A stretch of DNA of 64,000 bases, from positions 32,001 through 96,000 of IMG/VR virus record IMGVR_UViG_3300042888_001738; one strand, written 5' to 3'. The position numbers and the translations under genes are program-made. The DNA comes from a virus. The notes under the pieces are model-generated. The model was not told where the DNA came from, ran no database searches, and worked only from the letters and a program-made list of their open reading frames with translations. Each line of letters starts with the position of its first letter. The first letter of the stretch is position 1. Shown here in pieces: positions 10,138-19,662 of the stretch.

Positions 10138-11907
10138 TTATCTCCTTTTATTGATTAGCTTAAGGATTTCCTCTGCTACGTCACCAGGGTTTTCAATGAT
10201 ACCATCACCCATTACCGTATTTATGATCCTCTTTTTATTGTTTAGTATGTCATATATGGCACCCTCGATGGTATTTTCGAATAGGGGATAATAAACCAAC
10301 ACATTTGATTTTTGTCCGTAACGATATGCTCGGTCTTCAGCTTGTGCGTGTTCTGCAGGTACAAACGATAGGTCATTCATAATAACAACCTCAGCGGAGG
10401 TCAATGTTAAACCAACACCCGCAGCCTTCAGGTTACCAACAAATATTCTGATCTTATCGTCATTTTGAAATGAATCGACGGATTGTTGTCTCATTGCGTT
10501 AGAACAACTACCATCAAGATACACCGCTTGTTTACCAAAGTGCTGATAGATAGTCTGAAGTGTGTCTGTAAAGTTTGTGAAGATGATAACTTTCTTACCC
10601 TGTTCTAAAATGTTTTCAGCAAACTCAATTGTCTGTTTAGTTTTCTCATTTGCAATTACCTTTCTAACCTTCATCAGTTTAGAGAATTGAACCGTAAGTG
10701 ATGATGACTCATCGGGGTTTTTATCATACCACTCATAATACTCACCCATCAAATCTTCATATTCTTTAGATTTTAATCTCAAATAAACAGGAGTAATAAT
10801 TTTGTCGGGTAGATCTAATACTTCTTCTTTTAATCTACGAAGAATTTGTTTTGATGTCCTATCCCTTAATTCCTCAAGATTAGAAGCACCCATAACGTTC
10901 CAAACTTTTCTTTTACCTGCCGTAAATTGGAATCCTTGACAATAACGGATCGCATAAGCTTTCCAATTCTGAGCCACAGGACTTTCGATTAGGTTTAATA
11001 AGTTATAATAATTCATAGGTCGAGAGGTCATCGGTGTTCCTGTTAATAACCAAACTCTATCTACCTTCTTTGCGAAACTATTAATTATCTTTGTTCTTTG
11101 CGCTTGAACATTTGATATCATGTGAGCTTCATCCAATATTACCAAATCAAATCCACTTTGTGTTAATAGAGACTCATCTTTTTTCTTTGGGTCAGAGTCG
11201 TGAAAGTTTTTAAGGATATCATAATTAACGATTACAAAATCATCTTCAGTTGAAAATTTCTTACCTTCTGCAATAAAAACAGGTCTATCTGAATAATTTG
11301 CGATTTCTCTTTGCCAATTAATCTTAAGAGACGCCGGACAAACAATTAGAATCTTTTTAGATCCAGTTTCTAACGCCGCTATAATTGTTGAGGTTGTCTT
11401 ACCAAGACCCATATCATCAGCCAAAATAAATCTTTTAGAACCCGCAAGTTTCTCAATTGCAATCTTCTGATGTTCTAGTGGTGGTCTATGAGAATACTTT
11501 GAGTAATCTATCTTAACCTGATCTATCTTGTGTGTTTTAATAAGTGCTGACTTCGGAACCCAAAATTCACTTAACTTATCCTTTTCAAAGAACTTACCCC
11601 AAACATGATAAGATTTTTCTTTTTCAACTAAAAGTTTTTCAATATAAATTTGTTCGGGAACTTGTAGTAGATATCTTTCTTCTGCGAACTTTTTAGCAAA
11701 GTATGTGTCTAACTCAACCCATTTACGAGCAACCTTTGGTGTTGTATTATGGTATGTTGTAATATATTCTGACTGATTTCTTGTTGGGTAAAACTTACTT
11801 GAGACTTCCTTCTTGTTTTTTAGGTATAATATATAGTTATTCGCACCACTATATGAGTCAAGCAAATCCAAAGCCTTATGTTCTATAAGTGATTTAGTGT
11901 TATCCAA
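10138..11907 (-). CDS. SNF2-family (SMARCAL1/HARP-like) helicase/translocase
   Basis: LADDMGLGKT, DEAH, LLTGTP, AAGVGLTLT and QAEDRAYRYGQ. Confidence 0.92.
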   Translation of the reverse strand: MDNTKSLIEHKALDLLDSYSGANNYILYLKNKKEVSSKFYPTRNQSEYITTYHNTTPKVARKWVELDTYFAKKFAEERYLLQVPEQIYIEKLLVEKEKSYHVWGKFFEKDKLSEFWVPKSALIKTHKIDQVKIDYSKYSHRPPLEHQKIAIEKLAGSKRFILADDMGLGKTTSTIIAALETGSKKILIVCPASLKINWQREIANYSDRPVFIAEGKKFSTEDDFVIVNYDILKNFHDSDPKKKDESLLTQSGFDLVILDEAHMISNVQAQRTKIINSFAKKVDRVWLLTGTPMTSRPMNYYNLLNLIESPVAQNWKAYAIRYCQGFQFTAGKRKVWNVMGASNLEELRDRTSKQILRRLKEEVLDLPDKIITPVYLRLKSKEYEDLMGEYYEWYDKNPDESSSLTVQFSKLMKVRKVIANEKTKQTIEFAENILEQGKKVIIFTNFTDTLQTIYQHFGKQAVYLDGSCSNAMRQQSVDSFQNDDKIRIFVGNLKAAGVGLTLTSAEVVIMNDLSFVPAEHAQAEDRAYRYGQKSNVLVYYPLFENTIEGAIYDILNNKKRIINTVMGDGIIENPGDVAEEILKLINKRR

Positions 11908-11965
11908 AATTTGTTTTTATTAAAAATAACAATAAAAAGAATATTTATCAAGAAATAAAACTATT

Positions 11966-12478
11966 ATGAAGAGTAGTGTTCCTGTAAGTAGATTAGGGAA
12001 GTTTTTTGGGGACAACGATTTTAACCTTGAAATTAGTATGGGTCAAGAGTGGTTGATAGGTGATATGAACTTCACTTGCGTATTATACAGAGTGGATAAA
12101 AATAAAATCAAAACTGACGATGTCTATGGTGAGGTCGTTGAGGATGGTATTAAGTTTTTACCACCTGTTGAGTTTAATGCTTACGTTGGTATTGCAGCAC
12201 CCGAAAACAAAATGTTGGGGTCTACTCGTATTGATCAAGTCGAACCTGGTAACATTACTATTTCAGTTTACATGAAGACCTTGAACGATCTTGATATCGA
12301 TATCGACTTTGGTGATTATATAGGATATTATGATAGTGAAAACTTTGTTAGGTATTATACGGTCGTTAATGATGGTCGTGTTGTATCCGATTTAAAACAT
12401 ACTTATAAAGGGTTTAAACCTTTTTATAGAACAATAATTGCGGCACCTGTCGGACCAAACGAATTTAGAGGATTATAA
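11966..12478 (+). CDS. Putative head-closure/neck protein (gp14-like)
   Basis: Size, position before the tail terminator and sheath, and the DDVYGE...F.PPVE and GDYIGY patterns. Confidence 0.55.
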   Translation: MKSSVPVSRLGKFFGDNDFNLEISMGQEWLIGDMNFTCVLYRVDKNKIKTDDVYGEVVEDGIKFLPPVEFNAYVGIAAPENKMLGSTRIDQVEPGNITISVYMKTLNDLDIDIDFGDYIGYYDSENFVRYYTVVNDGRVVSDLKHTYKGFKPFYRTIIAAPVGPNEFRGL

Positions 12479-13515
12479 TGGCATTACCAAAACAAGTTAA
12501 ACCAACATTACCTTTAACGTACCCTAAAACTCTTTTACCGAGAAGGGAACAAATAAAGGATATGATTACTAAGGATGGAACTTACCTACCTAAGTCATTA
12601 CTTCATGCAGATCTTGATGGTGGGTTCTTAGACTTTGTTAAAGAAAAGTTTAGTATAACTTCTGAGGGTAAGAAAATTCCTGTGGTTGATATCTTAATAA
12701 CAACTCAAAACTGGTCACAATTTGTTGAGACATGGGATTTTCAAAACATCGATAAGAATGTTGAACCCCCATTTATTACGGTAATTAGAAATCCTGAAGT
12801 TAAATACGGAAACAACCCCGCTGTAATGTATAACATTCCTAATAGACGAATGTATTATTATATGGAAGTCCCAACGTGGGATGGTAATAGAGCTGGTGCT
12901 GACATTTATAAAATACCTCAGCCAGTTCCTATCGATTTAAAATATACCGTTGCAATTATTTGTAATAGAATGAGAGAAGCAAACACTCTTAATCAAAGAG
13001 TTATGGAAACATTTGCATCAAGACAAGCTTATCAAGTTATTAAAGGTCATTACATTCCAATTATTAATGATGGGTTTACTGACGAATCATCTTTAGACTT
13101 GGAGAAGAGAAAATACTATATCCAAAAGTATGAGTTTACCATGATGGGATTCTTAATGGATGAAAATGATTTTGAGGTTAGTCCCGCAATCTCAAGAACT
13201 TTCCAAATGTTTGAGGTAGATCAAAGACCTGTAAAACGACCACAGAAAAAACAACAACCTACTCAATTGGAGACGATCACTTTAAATTACCTAACAGGTG
13301 AGTTAACTCAAGAATACTTCTTTAGTTACACTTGTAATCTTTATTTTGAACAGTCACCAAACGTTGAGTCGTACTCGGTTTATATCAATGACAATTATTA
13401 TGGTGATGATGTTACCGAAATACAAATCAACACTGATGATAATTTAAGAATTGATATTGTTAAGATTGATGAGTCTTCAGAATCATCACTTTCTTTTTCA
13501 CAGAAATTACTTTAA
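12478..13515 (+). CDS. Putative tail terminator/completion protein (gp15-like)
   Basis: TAATG-coupled to the previous gene. IPQPVPIDLKYTVAI pattern. Lies immediately upstream of the sheath gene. Confidence 0.55.
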   Translation: MALPKQVKPTLPLTYPKTLLPRREQIKDMITKDGTYLPKSLLHADLDGGFLDFVKEKFSITSEGKKIPVVDILITTQNWSQFVETWDFQNIDKNVEPPFITVIRNPEVKYGNNPAVMYNIPNRRMYYYMEVPTWDGNRAGADIYKIPQPVPIDLKYTVAIICNRMREANTLNQRVMETFASRQAYQVIKGHYIPIINDGFTDESSLDLEKRKYYIQKYEFTMMGFLMDENDFEVSPAISRTFQMFEVDQRPVKRPQKKQQPTQLETITLNYLTGELTQEYFFSYTCNLYFEQSPNVESYSVYINDNYYGDDVTEIQINTDDNLRIDIVKIDESSESSLSFSQKLL

Positions 13516-13677
13516 CGGTTCCCCGTAAATGTCCTTTTTTTCTTGACATTTTTCCATAATTAGATTCTCTAAAAACCTATACATTTTAATACCTCGTTTG
13601 TCGCAATATTTCTTTAACACACCGTGAACTTCGATGTCAATCTTAAGGTTTTTTATCTTCTTATTATCGTTAGACAT
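13507..13677 (-). CDS. 56-aa ribbon-helix-helix DNA-binding protein (not in ORF track)
   Basis: Manual translation: MSNDNKKIKNLKIDIEVHGVLKKYCDKRGIKMYRFLENLIMEKCQEKKDIYGEPLK*. An alternating beta strand (KNLKID), helix, G-I-K turn and second helix give an Arc/CopG-type pattern. It has its own TATTTAT motif at 13716-13722 (minus strand). Confidence 0.8.
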   Translation of the reverse strand: MSNDNKKIKNLKIDIEVHGVLKKYCDKRGIKMYRFLENLIMEKCQEKKDIYGEPLK

Positions 13678-13680
13678 AGG

Positions 13681-13699
13681 GGCAGAATTAAGGCAGAAT
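13681..13699. promoter_or_regulatory. GGCAGAAT direct repeat with 11-nt period; candidate RHH operator
   Basis: Copies at 13681-13688 and 13692-13699, between the RHH gene promoter motif and its ATG. Confidence 0.45.
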
Positions 13700-13758
13700 A
13701 AAATCTTACCAAAATATAAATACTTTCTATAATGTAAAGTTTTTCGTGTTTTGAGAAG

Positions 13759-13765
13759 TATTTAT
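13759..13765 (+). promoter_or_regulatory. TATTTAT putative late promoter for the sheath gene (representative of 19 copies)
   Basis: The same heptamer precedes gene starts at 1032, 2629, 3530, 7886(-), 10114(-), 11942, 13716(-), 17210, 18119, 19641, 21518, 33972, 38484, 43352, 43932, 46304, 55674 and 62099. Confidence 0.7.
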
Positions 13766-13798
13766 AGGTAAATAAATAAATTAAAAGAAATTTTTAGT

Positions 13799-16700
13799 AT
13801 GGCAACAAACAGTAAGGTTTTTGTTTCACCAGGTGTCTATACTTCAGAGGTTGACTTAAGCTTTGTAGCACAGAGTGTTGGGGTAACTACTTTGGGTATT
13901 GCTGGAGAGACTCTGATAGGACCGGCTTTTGAACCAATCTTTATTACAAGTTTTGATGATTTCCAAACCGTATTCGGTGGGACTTCACCTGAAAAATTTG
14001 TAAATACACAGATTCCAAAGTACGAAGCCGCGTATATCGCAAAAGCATATTTACAACAATCTAACCAATTGTTTGTAACTAGAATTCTTGGTCTATCAGG
14101 ATATGATGCAGGACCATCTTGGTCAATCACAACGGTTGCAAACGTTAACCCAGATACTATCGATGTATGGTGTTTGAGTTCAGTAACAGATTTTACAACT
14201 TGTGTAACGACTTGTGTAACACCAAAAGAATTAACATTCTCAGTACAATTTACAGGTTGTACAAACGATTCAGGAACGATTAGTTATTTAACATCTTTCC
14301 CATCTGAGATTGAGGATCTATTATTATCCCAATATGAAGAGTTTAATGGTGATACCTCAACTCTAAATGATCAAATTCAAAACTTAGTATTCAATGTAAT
14401 CACAAGTACTAATCCATATACAGCGGAAGATCAACAAATTGCATACTTCGGTTCTATCGCAACTGATGATTACGATGTATTAAGTGGATCAGGATTTAGT
14501 GCTGAAACTAACGTGTTCGAAGTTCCTTCGGTTTCATTCAATGACACTGATTTGAATTCGGCGTTTAATGATTCTTGGTATTATGCATTATTTAATAATT
14601 ATGGTAATACTAATTACTCAGGTTTCTCATTCTTTACTTATGTATCAGGATTAACGGCTTATTTCCCTAACCCTACACCAACACCTGGGGCTACGGCATC
14701 ACCAACTCCTACACCTTCATTTGTAAATCCTTGTATTACACCATCACCTTTCACATCACCAACACCAACTCCTACGCCAGTTAACATCGATTGTTATTCA
14801 GGTACTATCGTTGGTAAGATCTACTACTACACAGGTACTTCTTATGTTGATTATGATAATGTTGTTGTTGGTACTTTGAGATCAAGAGGTATTTCTACTT
14901 ACACAACTGACACTAACCCAACTTATTCAGTAACAGGTACGTCAGACGTAACATTAGACATGACAGGTCAATACGCTGGAGTTCTTAAAAACCCTTACTT
15001 AACGTTTGGTGTTAATGTAGTTGATAAGTTCGGTACGTCATTTAAGTTCGAAACATCACTTACACAAAACGATCCAGAATATTTCACTAAAGTATTTGGT
15101 ATTACTAACTTCCAAAAACCAAGAATCGAGGTTCCGATATTTGCTGAAGAAGTGTTCCAATCATTCTTGAACTACTCTTGGAGAAAAGGATATATCAAAG
15201 GTCTTAACCCTAACCCAATCGCATTAGACTCAGCACAAAGTGGTGATCCTAATTCAATTGGTTGGTACTTAGATAAATGGCAAACACCAGCATCACCATA
15301 CGTGGTATCTGAATTAAGAGGTAATAAAGTTTATGACTTATTTAGATTCTACACAGTTTCTGATGGTGACGCAGCAAACACTTTAATTAAAGTTTCAATT
15401 ATCAATCAAACATACAACAACTTAACGTTTGACGTATTAATCCGTGACTATTTTGATACAGATGCAAATCCTGTAGTACTTGAGAAATTTACAAACTGTA
15501 CTATGGATCCAGGACAAAATAACTTTGTTGCGAATAAAATTGGTACATTAGATGGAGAATACTTGTTAAACTCTAGATATGTGATGGTTGAAATGAGTGA
15601 GGATGCTCCGATAGACGCATTACCTTGTGGATTCAACGGATTCAACTTTAGAAATTATGCAGGTGCTAATTCACCATTCCCAATTATCAAAGGTAAATAT
15701 GACTTCCCTGGTGAAGTTATTTACAACCCACCGTTTGGTTTATCTTCAGGTAACGATAACGCGTTGATAAGCCCGGGAGATAATGTAAGAAGAACTTACT
15801 TAGGTATATCCAATAGTTTAGGTTGGGACCCTGCTTACTTCGAATATGTTGGTAAGAGAAATCCAATCAACTCTTGTGATATCGATGGTTTACCATTTAA
15901 CTACAGATCCGCTGGTTTCCACATGGACGTAAATGCAAGTGGTTTAACAATCGGACCTGAGTTCTCAACAGCAGGTGACCAAAGATTTATCTGTGGTAAC
16001 TCACCGTTCATTACTGATCCTGAATCACCAACAAATGCATACTACAGATTGTTCGCTCGTAAGTTCACATTCTTAGTACAAGGTGGTTTCGATGGTTGGG
16101 ATATCTACAGAGAGTGGAGAACAAATACAGACCAATTCCAAATTGGTAGAAGTGGATTCTTAAGAGGGGCTTGTCCTTCTACAAGATACCCTAACGCTAC
16201 AGGATGGGGAGCATTCAAAGAGATTTCTCTTGGTGATGGAACTCAAAACTTTGCAAACTCTGACTACTACGCATACTTGTTAGGTCAACAAACATTTGCA
16301 AACCCTGAAGCGACAAACATCAACGTATTCGTTACACCTGGTATTGATTATGTAAATAACAGTAACCTTGTAGAGGCAGCAGTTGAGATGATCGAGTTTA
16401 ACAGAGCGGATTCACTTTACGTGTGTACAACACCTGACGTGGATATGTATGTTCCTAACTTGAACGGTCAAGACTTATTAATCTACCCAACTGAAGCGGT
16501 TGATAACTTGGATAACACAGGAATTGACTCTAACTACACAGCAACTTACTATCCGTGGGTATTGACAAGAGATAGTGTGAATAACACTCAAATCTATATC
16601 CCACCAACAGCTGAGGTTACAAGAAACTTAGCGTTAACAGATAACATCGCGTTCCCATGGTTCGCAGCGGCGGGTTACACTCGTGGTATTGTTAACTGTA

Positions 16701-17149
16701 TCAAGGCTCGTAAGAAGTTGACTCAAGAAGATAGAGACATTCTTTATATAGGTAGAATTAACCCAATTGCAACCTTCGCTGATGTTGGTACTGTGATTTG
16801 GGGTAATAAAACTCTACAAGTTAGAGAATCTGCTCTTGACAGAATCAACGTAAGAAGATTGTTGTTACAAGCTCGTAAATTGATTTCAGCGGTATCTGTA
16901 AGATTATTGTTTGAACAAAACGACGCACAAGTTAGACAAGACTTCTTAAATGCGGTTAACCCAATCTTAGATGCGATCAGAAGAGATCGTGGTTTATATG
17001 ACTTCCGTGTAACGGTTTCTAATGATCCTGAGGATATTGATAGAAACCAATTGACAGGTAAGATTTACATCAAACCTACAAGATCACTTGAGTTCATCGA
17101 CATCACATTCTACATCACTCCAACAGGAGCATCGTTTGAGAATATATAA
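13799..17149 (+). CDS. Contractile tail sheath protein with large insertions
   Basis: N-terminal SPGVYTSEVDLS. C-terminal PWFAAAGYTRG, RINPI, IWGNKTL, RINVRRLL and IKPTRSLEFI. Confidence 0.96.
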   Translation: MATNSKVFVSPGVYTSEVDLSFVAQSVGVTTLGIAGETLIGPAFEPIFITSFDDFQTVFGGTSPEKFVNTQIPKYEAAYIAKAYLQQSNQLFVTRILGLSGYDAGPSWSITTVANVNPDTIDVWCLSSVTDFTTCVTTCVTPKELTFSVQFTGCTNDSGTISYLTSFPSEIEDLLLSQYEEFNGDTSTLNDQIQNLVFNVITSTNPYTAEDQQIAYFGSIATDDYDVLSGSGFSAETNVFEVPSVSFNDTDLNSAFNDSWYYALFNNYGNTNYSGFSFFTYVSGLTAYFPNPTPTPGATASPTPTPSFVNPCITPSPFTSPTPTPTPVNIDCYSGTIVGKIYYYTGTSYVDYDNVVVGTLRSRGISTYTTDTNPTYSVTGTSDVTLDMTGQYAGVLKNPYLTFGVNVVDKFGTSFKFETSLTQNDPEYFTKVFGITNFQKPRIEVPIFAEEVFQSFLNYSWRKGYIKGLNPNPIALDSAQSGDPNSIGWYLDKWQTPASPYVVSELRGNKVYDLFRFYTVSDGDAANTLIKVSIINQTYNNLTFDVLIRDYFDTDANPVVLEKFTNCTMDPGQNNFVANKIGTLDGEYLLNSRYVMVEMSEDAPIDALPCGFNGFNFRNYAGANSPFPIIKGKYDFPGEVIYNPPFGLSSGNDNALISPGDNVRRTYLGISNSLGWDPAYFEYVGKRNPINSCDIDGLPFNYRSAGFHMDVNASGLTIGPEFSTAGDQRFICGNSPFITDPESPTNAYYRLFARKFTFLVQGGFDGWDIYREWRTNTDQFQIGRSGFLRGACPSTRYPNATGWGAFKEISLGDGTQNFANSDYYAYLLGQQTFANPEATNINVFVTPGIDYVNNSNLVEAAVEMIEFNRADSLYVCTTPDVDMYVPNLNGQDLLIYPTEAVDNLDNTGIDSNYTATYYPWVLTRDSVNNTQIYIPPTAEVTRNLALTDNIAFPWFAAAGYTRGIVNCIKARKKLTQEDRDILYIGRINPIATFADVGTVIWGNKTLQVRESALDRINVRRLLLQARKLISAVSVRLLFEQNDAQVRQDFLNAVNPILDAIRRDRGLYDFRVTVSNDPEDIDRNQLTGKIYIKPTRSLEFIDITFYITPTGASFENI

Positions 17150-17168
17150 GTTGGTTTATATTCATATG

Positions 17169-17198
17169 AAAAGGGGAGGCGAAAGTTTCCCCTTTTTT
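17169..17198 (+). terminator. Intrinsic terminator after the sheath gene
   Basis: aaaaggggaggc-GAAA-gtttcccctttttt. Confidence 0.85.
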
Positions 17199-17220
17199 AT
17201 TTATAGAGATATTTATTTAT

Positions 17221-18048
17221 ATGAATTATAAAAAAATTGTTAAACAGATCATTTCAGAGATCATTCACGATCAGATGAAACCTACAATGAAGTATTATGC
17301 TTTTGACTGGGATGATAACCTTATGTATATGCCAACTAAAATCTATACCAAAGATGATAAAGGTAAGGTTGTTGGTATGTCAACAGAAGATTTTGCGGAA
17401 TACAGAACTGAAATCGGTAAAGAACCCTTCGAATATGAGGGACATACCATAGTTGGTTTTGATGAAAACCCATTTAGAGACTTCAACGTACCTGGTGATG
17501 AAGGGTTTTTAAAAGATGCAATGAAAGCACCTACAGGACCAGCATGGAGTGATTTTGTTGAGGCGGTTAATAATGGGTCAGTTTTTTCGATCATTACAGC
17601 AAGGGGACACACACCTTCAGTTCTTAAAAATGCGGTTTATAACTTAATTAAGAAAAACAAACACGGATTAAGTGAAAAAGAATTAATTAAAAATTTAAAA
17701 AAATATAGAGAACTAGCTGATGAAGATGATTTATCTGATGAGGAACTTCTTAGGTCTTACTTAGATATGAACAAATATCACCCTGTAAGTTTCGGACAAG
17801 GTTCTGCTGCTAACCCTGAACAACTTAAAGTCGACGCTATGAAAGAATTTATGACATACGTCCAAAATCTTTCTAGAAGATTGCAAGAAAAGGCATTTAT
17901 GAAAAATAAGATTAGCAATTATTTTGTTCCTTATATTGGTTTTTCAGATGATGACTTAAGAAATGTTCAAGCAATGAAGAAACATTTTGATGATGAAACT
18001 GGTTTAGAAATTTATCATACAGGAGGAGGAAAGAAGACTAAATACTAA
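17221..18048 (+). CDS. HAD-superfamily phosphatase-like protein
   Basis: Motif I AFDWDDNL, motif II IITARGH, motif IV GFSDDD. Confidence 0.75.
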   Translation: MNYKKIVKQIISEIIHDQMKPTMKYYAFDWDDNLMYMPTKIYTKDDKGKVVGMSTEDFAEYRTEIGKEPFEYEGHTIVGFDENPFRDFNVPGDEGFLKDAMKAPTGPAWSDFVEAVNNGSVFSIITARGHTPSVLKNAVYNLIKKNKHGLSEKELIKNLKKYRELADEDDLSDEELLRSYLDMNKYHPVSFGQGSAANPEQLKVDAMKEFMTYVQNLSRRLQEKAFMKNKISNYFVPYIGFSDDDLRNVQAMKKHFDDETGLEIYHTGGGKKTKY

Positions 18049-18160
18049 TTTAGTTGTGACTAGTAAATGTATAACTTGAAAAATATTTGAAGTAAATAGA
18101 AAATTTTTTATTTCACACTATTTATAATAAAAATAAAAGACAAAAGTAAAAAAATAAGAT

Positions 18161-18649
18161 ATGGCTGATTTGTTAATGAAAATGCCGATCCCTTACGAAC
18201 CGAAAAGGGAGAACCGATGGATTTTGAGATTTCCATCATCACTTGGTATTAATGAGTGGTACGTTGAGACGACATCTAGACCAAAACTTACTATCAACAC
18301 AACTAAGATTGACTTCTTAAATACTTCAACGTATGTTGCAGGTCGTTTTGAATGGGGTGAACTTCCAGTTACTTTCCGTGATCCAATCGGACCTTCAGCA
18401 TCACAAGCTGTAATGGAATGGATTCGTTTATGTGCTGAGTCAGTAACAGGTCGTATGGGATATGCTGCGGGTTATAAAAAGAATGTTGACCTTGAAATGT
18501 TAGACCCAACAGGAGTTGTGGTTGAGAAATGGATTTTAGAAGGTACATACTTAACAGGATATGATGGAGGATCTCTATCATACTCAAATGATGGTATCGC
18601 TAAGATTACTGCAAACATGAGAATGGACCGTTGTATCTTGGTTTACTAA
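18161..18649 (+). CDS. Tail tube protein (T4 gp19-like)
   Basis: EPKRENRW, YVAGRFEW..L.VTF.D, YKKNVDLEMLDPTG.VVEKW.L.G. Located after the sheath gene. Confidence 0.9.
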   Translation: MADLLMKMPIPYEPKRENRWILRFPSSLGINEWYVETTSRPKLTINTTKIDFLNTSTYVAGRFEWGELPVTFRDPIGPSASQAVMEWIRLCAESVTGRMGYAAGYKKNVDLEMLDPTGVVVEKWILEGTYLTGYDGGSLSYSNDGIAKITANMRMDRCILVY

Positions 18650-18673
18650 AAAAATATTACATACAAAATATAT

Positions 18674-18708
18674 AAGACCGTATACTTTACTAGTTACGGT
18701 CTTTTTTT
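18674..18708 (+). terminator. Intrinsic terminator after the tube gene
   Basis: aagaccgta...tacggtctt followed by a T run. Confidence 0.75.
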
Positions 18709-18732
18709 ATTTTTAATTATAAAAGAAAGTTT

Positions 18733-19503
18733 ATGGAACAAGATGTATATGTAGCAGGACAAGAAGGTTTTAATTTACCTCACGACGTAATTCAATTACC
18801 AACACAAGGTAAATTTTATAAGTCCAAAAAGAAATCGATTAAAGTTGGTTACTTAACTGCCGCTGACGAAAATATTTTGGCTGAGGTTGATTTTAGAAAA
18901 AATGTAAACGAAGGCATTATTCTACCTTTGTTAAGAAACAAGATATATGAAAGAGATCTTAGACCTGAAGAACTTTTAGATGGTGATGTTGAGGCAATCT
19001 TATTGTTTTTACGTAATACATCCTTTGGTCCTGAATATAAAATAACTCCGATTGATCCTGAAACAGAAGAAAGGTTCTCATCAACAATTCTACTTGACGA
19101 ATTAAATTATAAAAAAACGGATGTAGAACCAAATGAAGACGGATATTTTGAGACGACACTCCCTGTGTCAAAAAAGAAAGTGGTTTTAAAACTATTAACC
19201 ATAAGTGACAAGATTGAAATTGATAGAGTAGTAAAATCATATCCTTCTGAAAGAACTGCACCTGTCATTACGACTAGATTATTAAAAAATATAGTTTCCC
19301 TTGATGGTGATGAAGATAGATCTAAAGTCAGTATGTTTGTTGAACAAATGCCAATTGCCGATTCCAAATACATTAGAAGATTTTTAATTGATAATGAACC
19401 AAGATTAGATCTATCAAAAGAAGTTATAGCCCCGTCAGGAGAAAAAGTGGTAGTGGATATCACTTTTGGGGTGGAATTTTTTCGGCCTTTCTTATCAATA
19501 TAA
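18733..19503 (+). CDS. Tail/baseplate hub assembly chaperone (T4 gp26-like)
   Basis: LPTQGKFY, LTAADENIL, LLDGD..AILLFLRNTSFGPEY and terminal FGVEFFRP. Lies between the tube and tape measure genes. Confidence 0.75.
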   Translation: MEQDVYVAGQEGFNLPHDVIQLPTQGKFYKSKKKSIKVGYLTAADENILAEVDFRKNVNEGIILPLLRNKIYERDLRPEELLDGDVEAILLFLRNTSFGPEYKITPIDPETEERFSSTILLDELNYKKTDVEPNEDGYFETTLPVSKKKVVLKLLTISDKIEIDRVVKSYPSERTAPVITTRLLKNIVSLDGDEDRSKVSMFVEQMPIADSKYIRRFLIDNEPRLDLSKEVIAPSGEKVVVDITFGVEFFRPFLSI

Positions 19504-19639
19504 GACAATCTTATTAGACGAATTTTATTATTTCTCAAGACTATTCAGAACTCAATATTCTGAGTTTATGAATATGCCCACCTACGTCCGCAGATATTTA
19601 ATCCAAAAACATGTTGAGGAGACTAAAACCAATAATTAA
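19478..19639 (+). CDS. Start-less +1-frame extension of the chaperone (gp51/GT-like), probably expressed by programmed frameshift
   Basis: The +1 frame reads FFGLSYQYKTILLDEFYYFSRLFRTQYSEFMNMPTYVRRYLIQKHVEETKTNN*. It is bounded upstream by TAG at 19451 and fills the gap up to the next promoter motif. MP..R..(I/L) resembles gp51-type tails. Confidence 0.7.
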   Translation, partial: FFGLSYQYKTILLDEFYYFSRLFRTQYSEFMNMPTYVRRYLIQKHVEETKTNN

Positions 19640-19662
19640 ATATTTATGAAATAAATGTAGTT

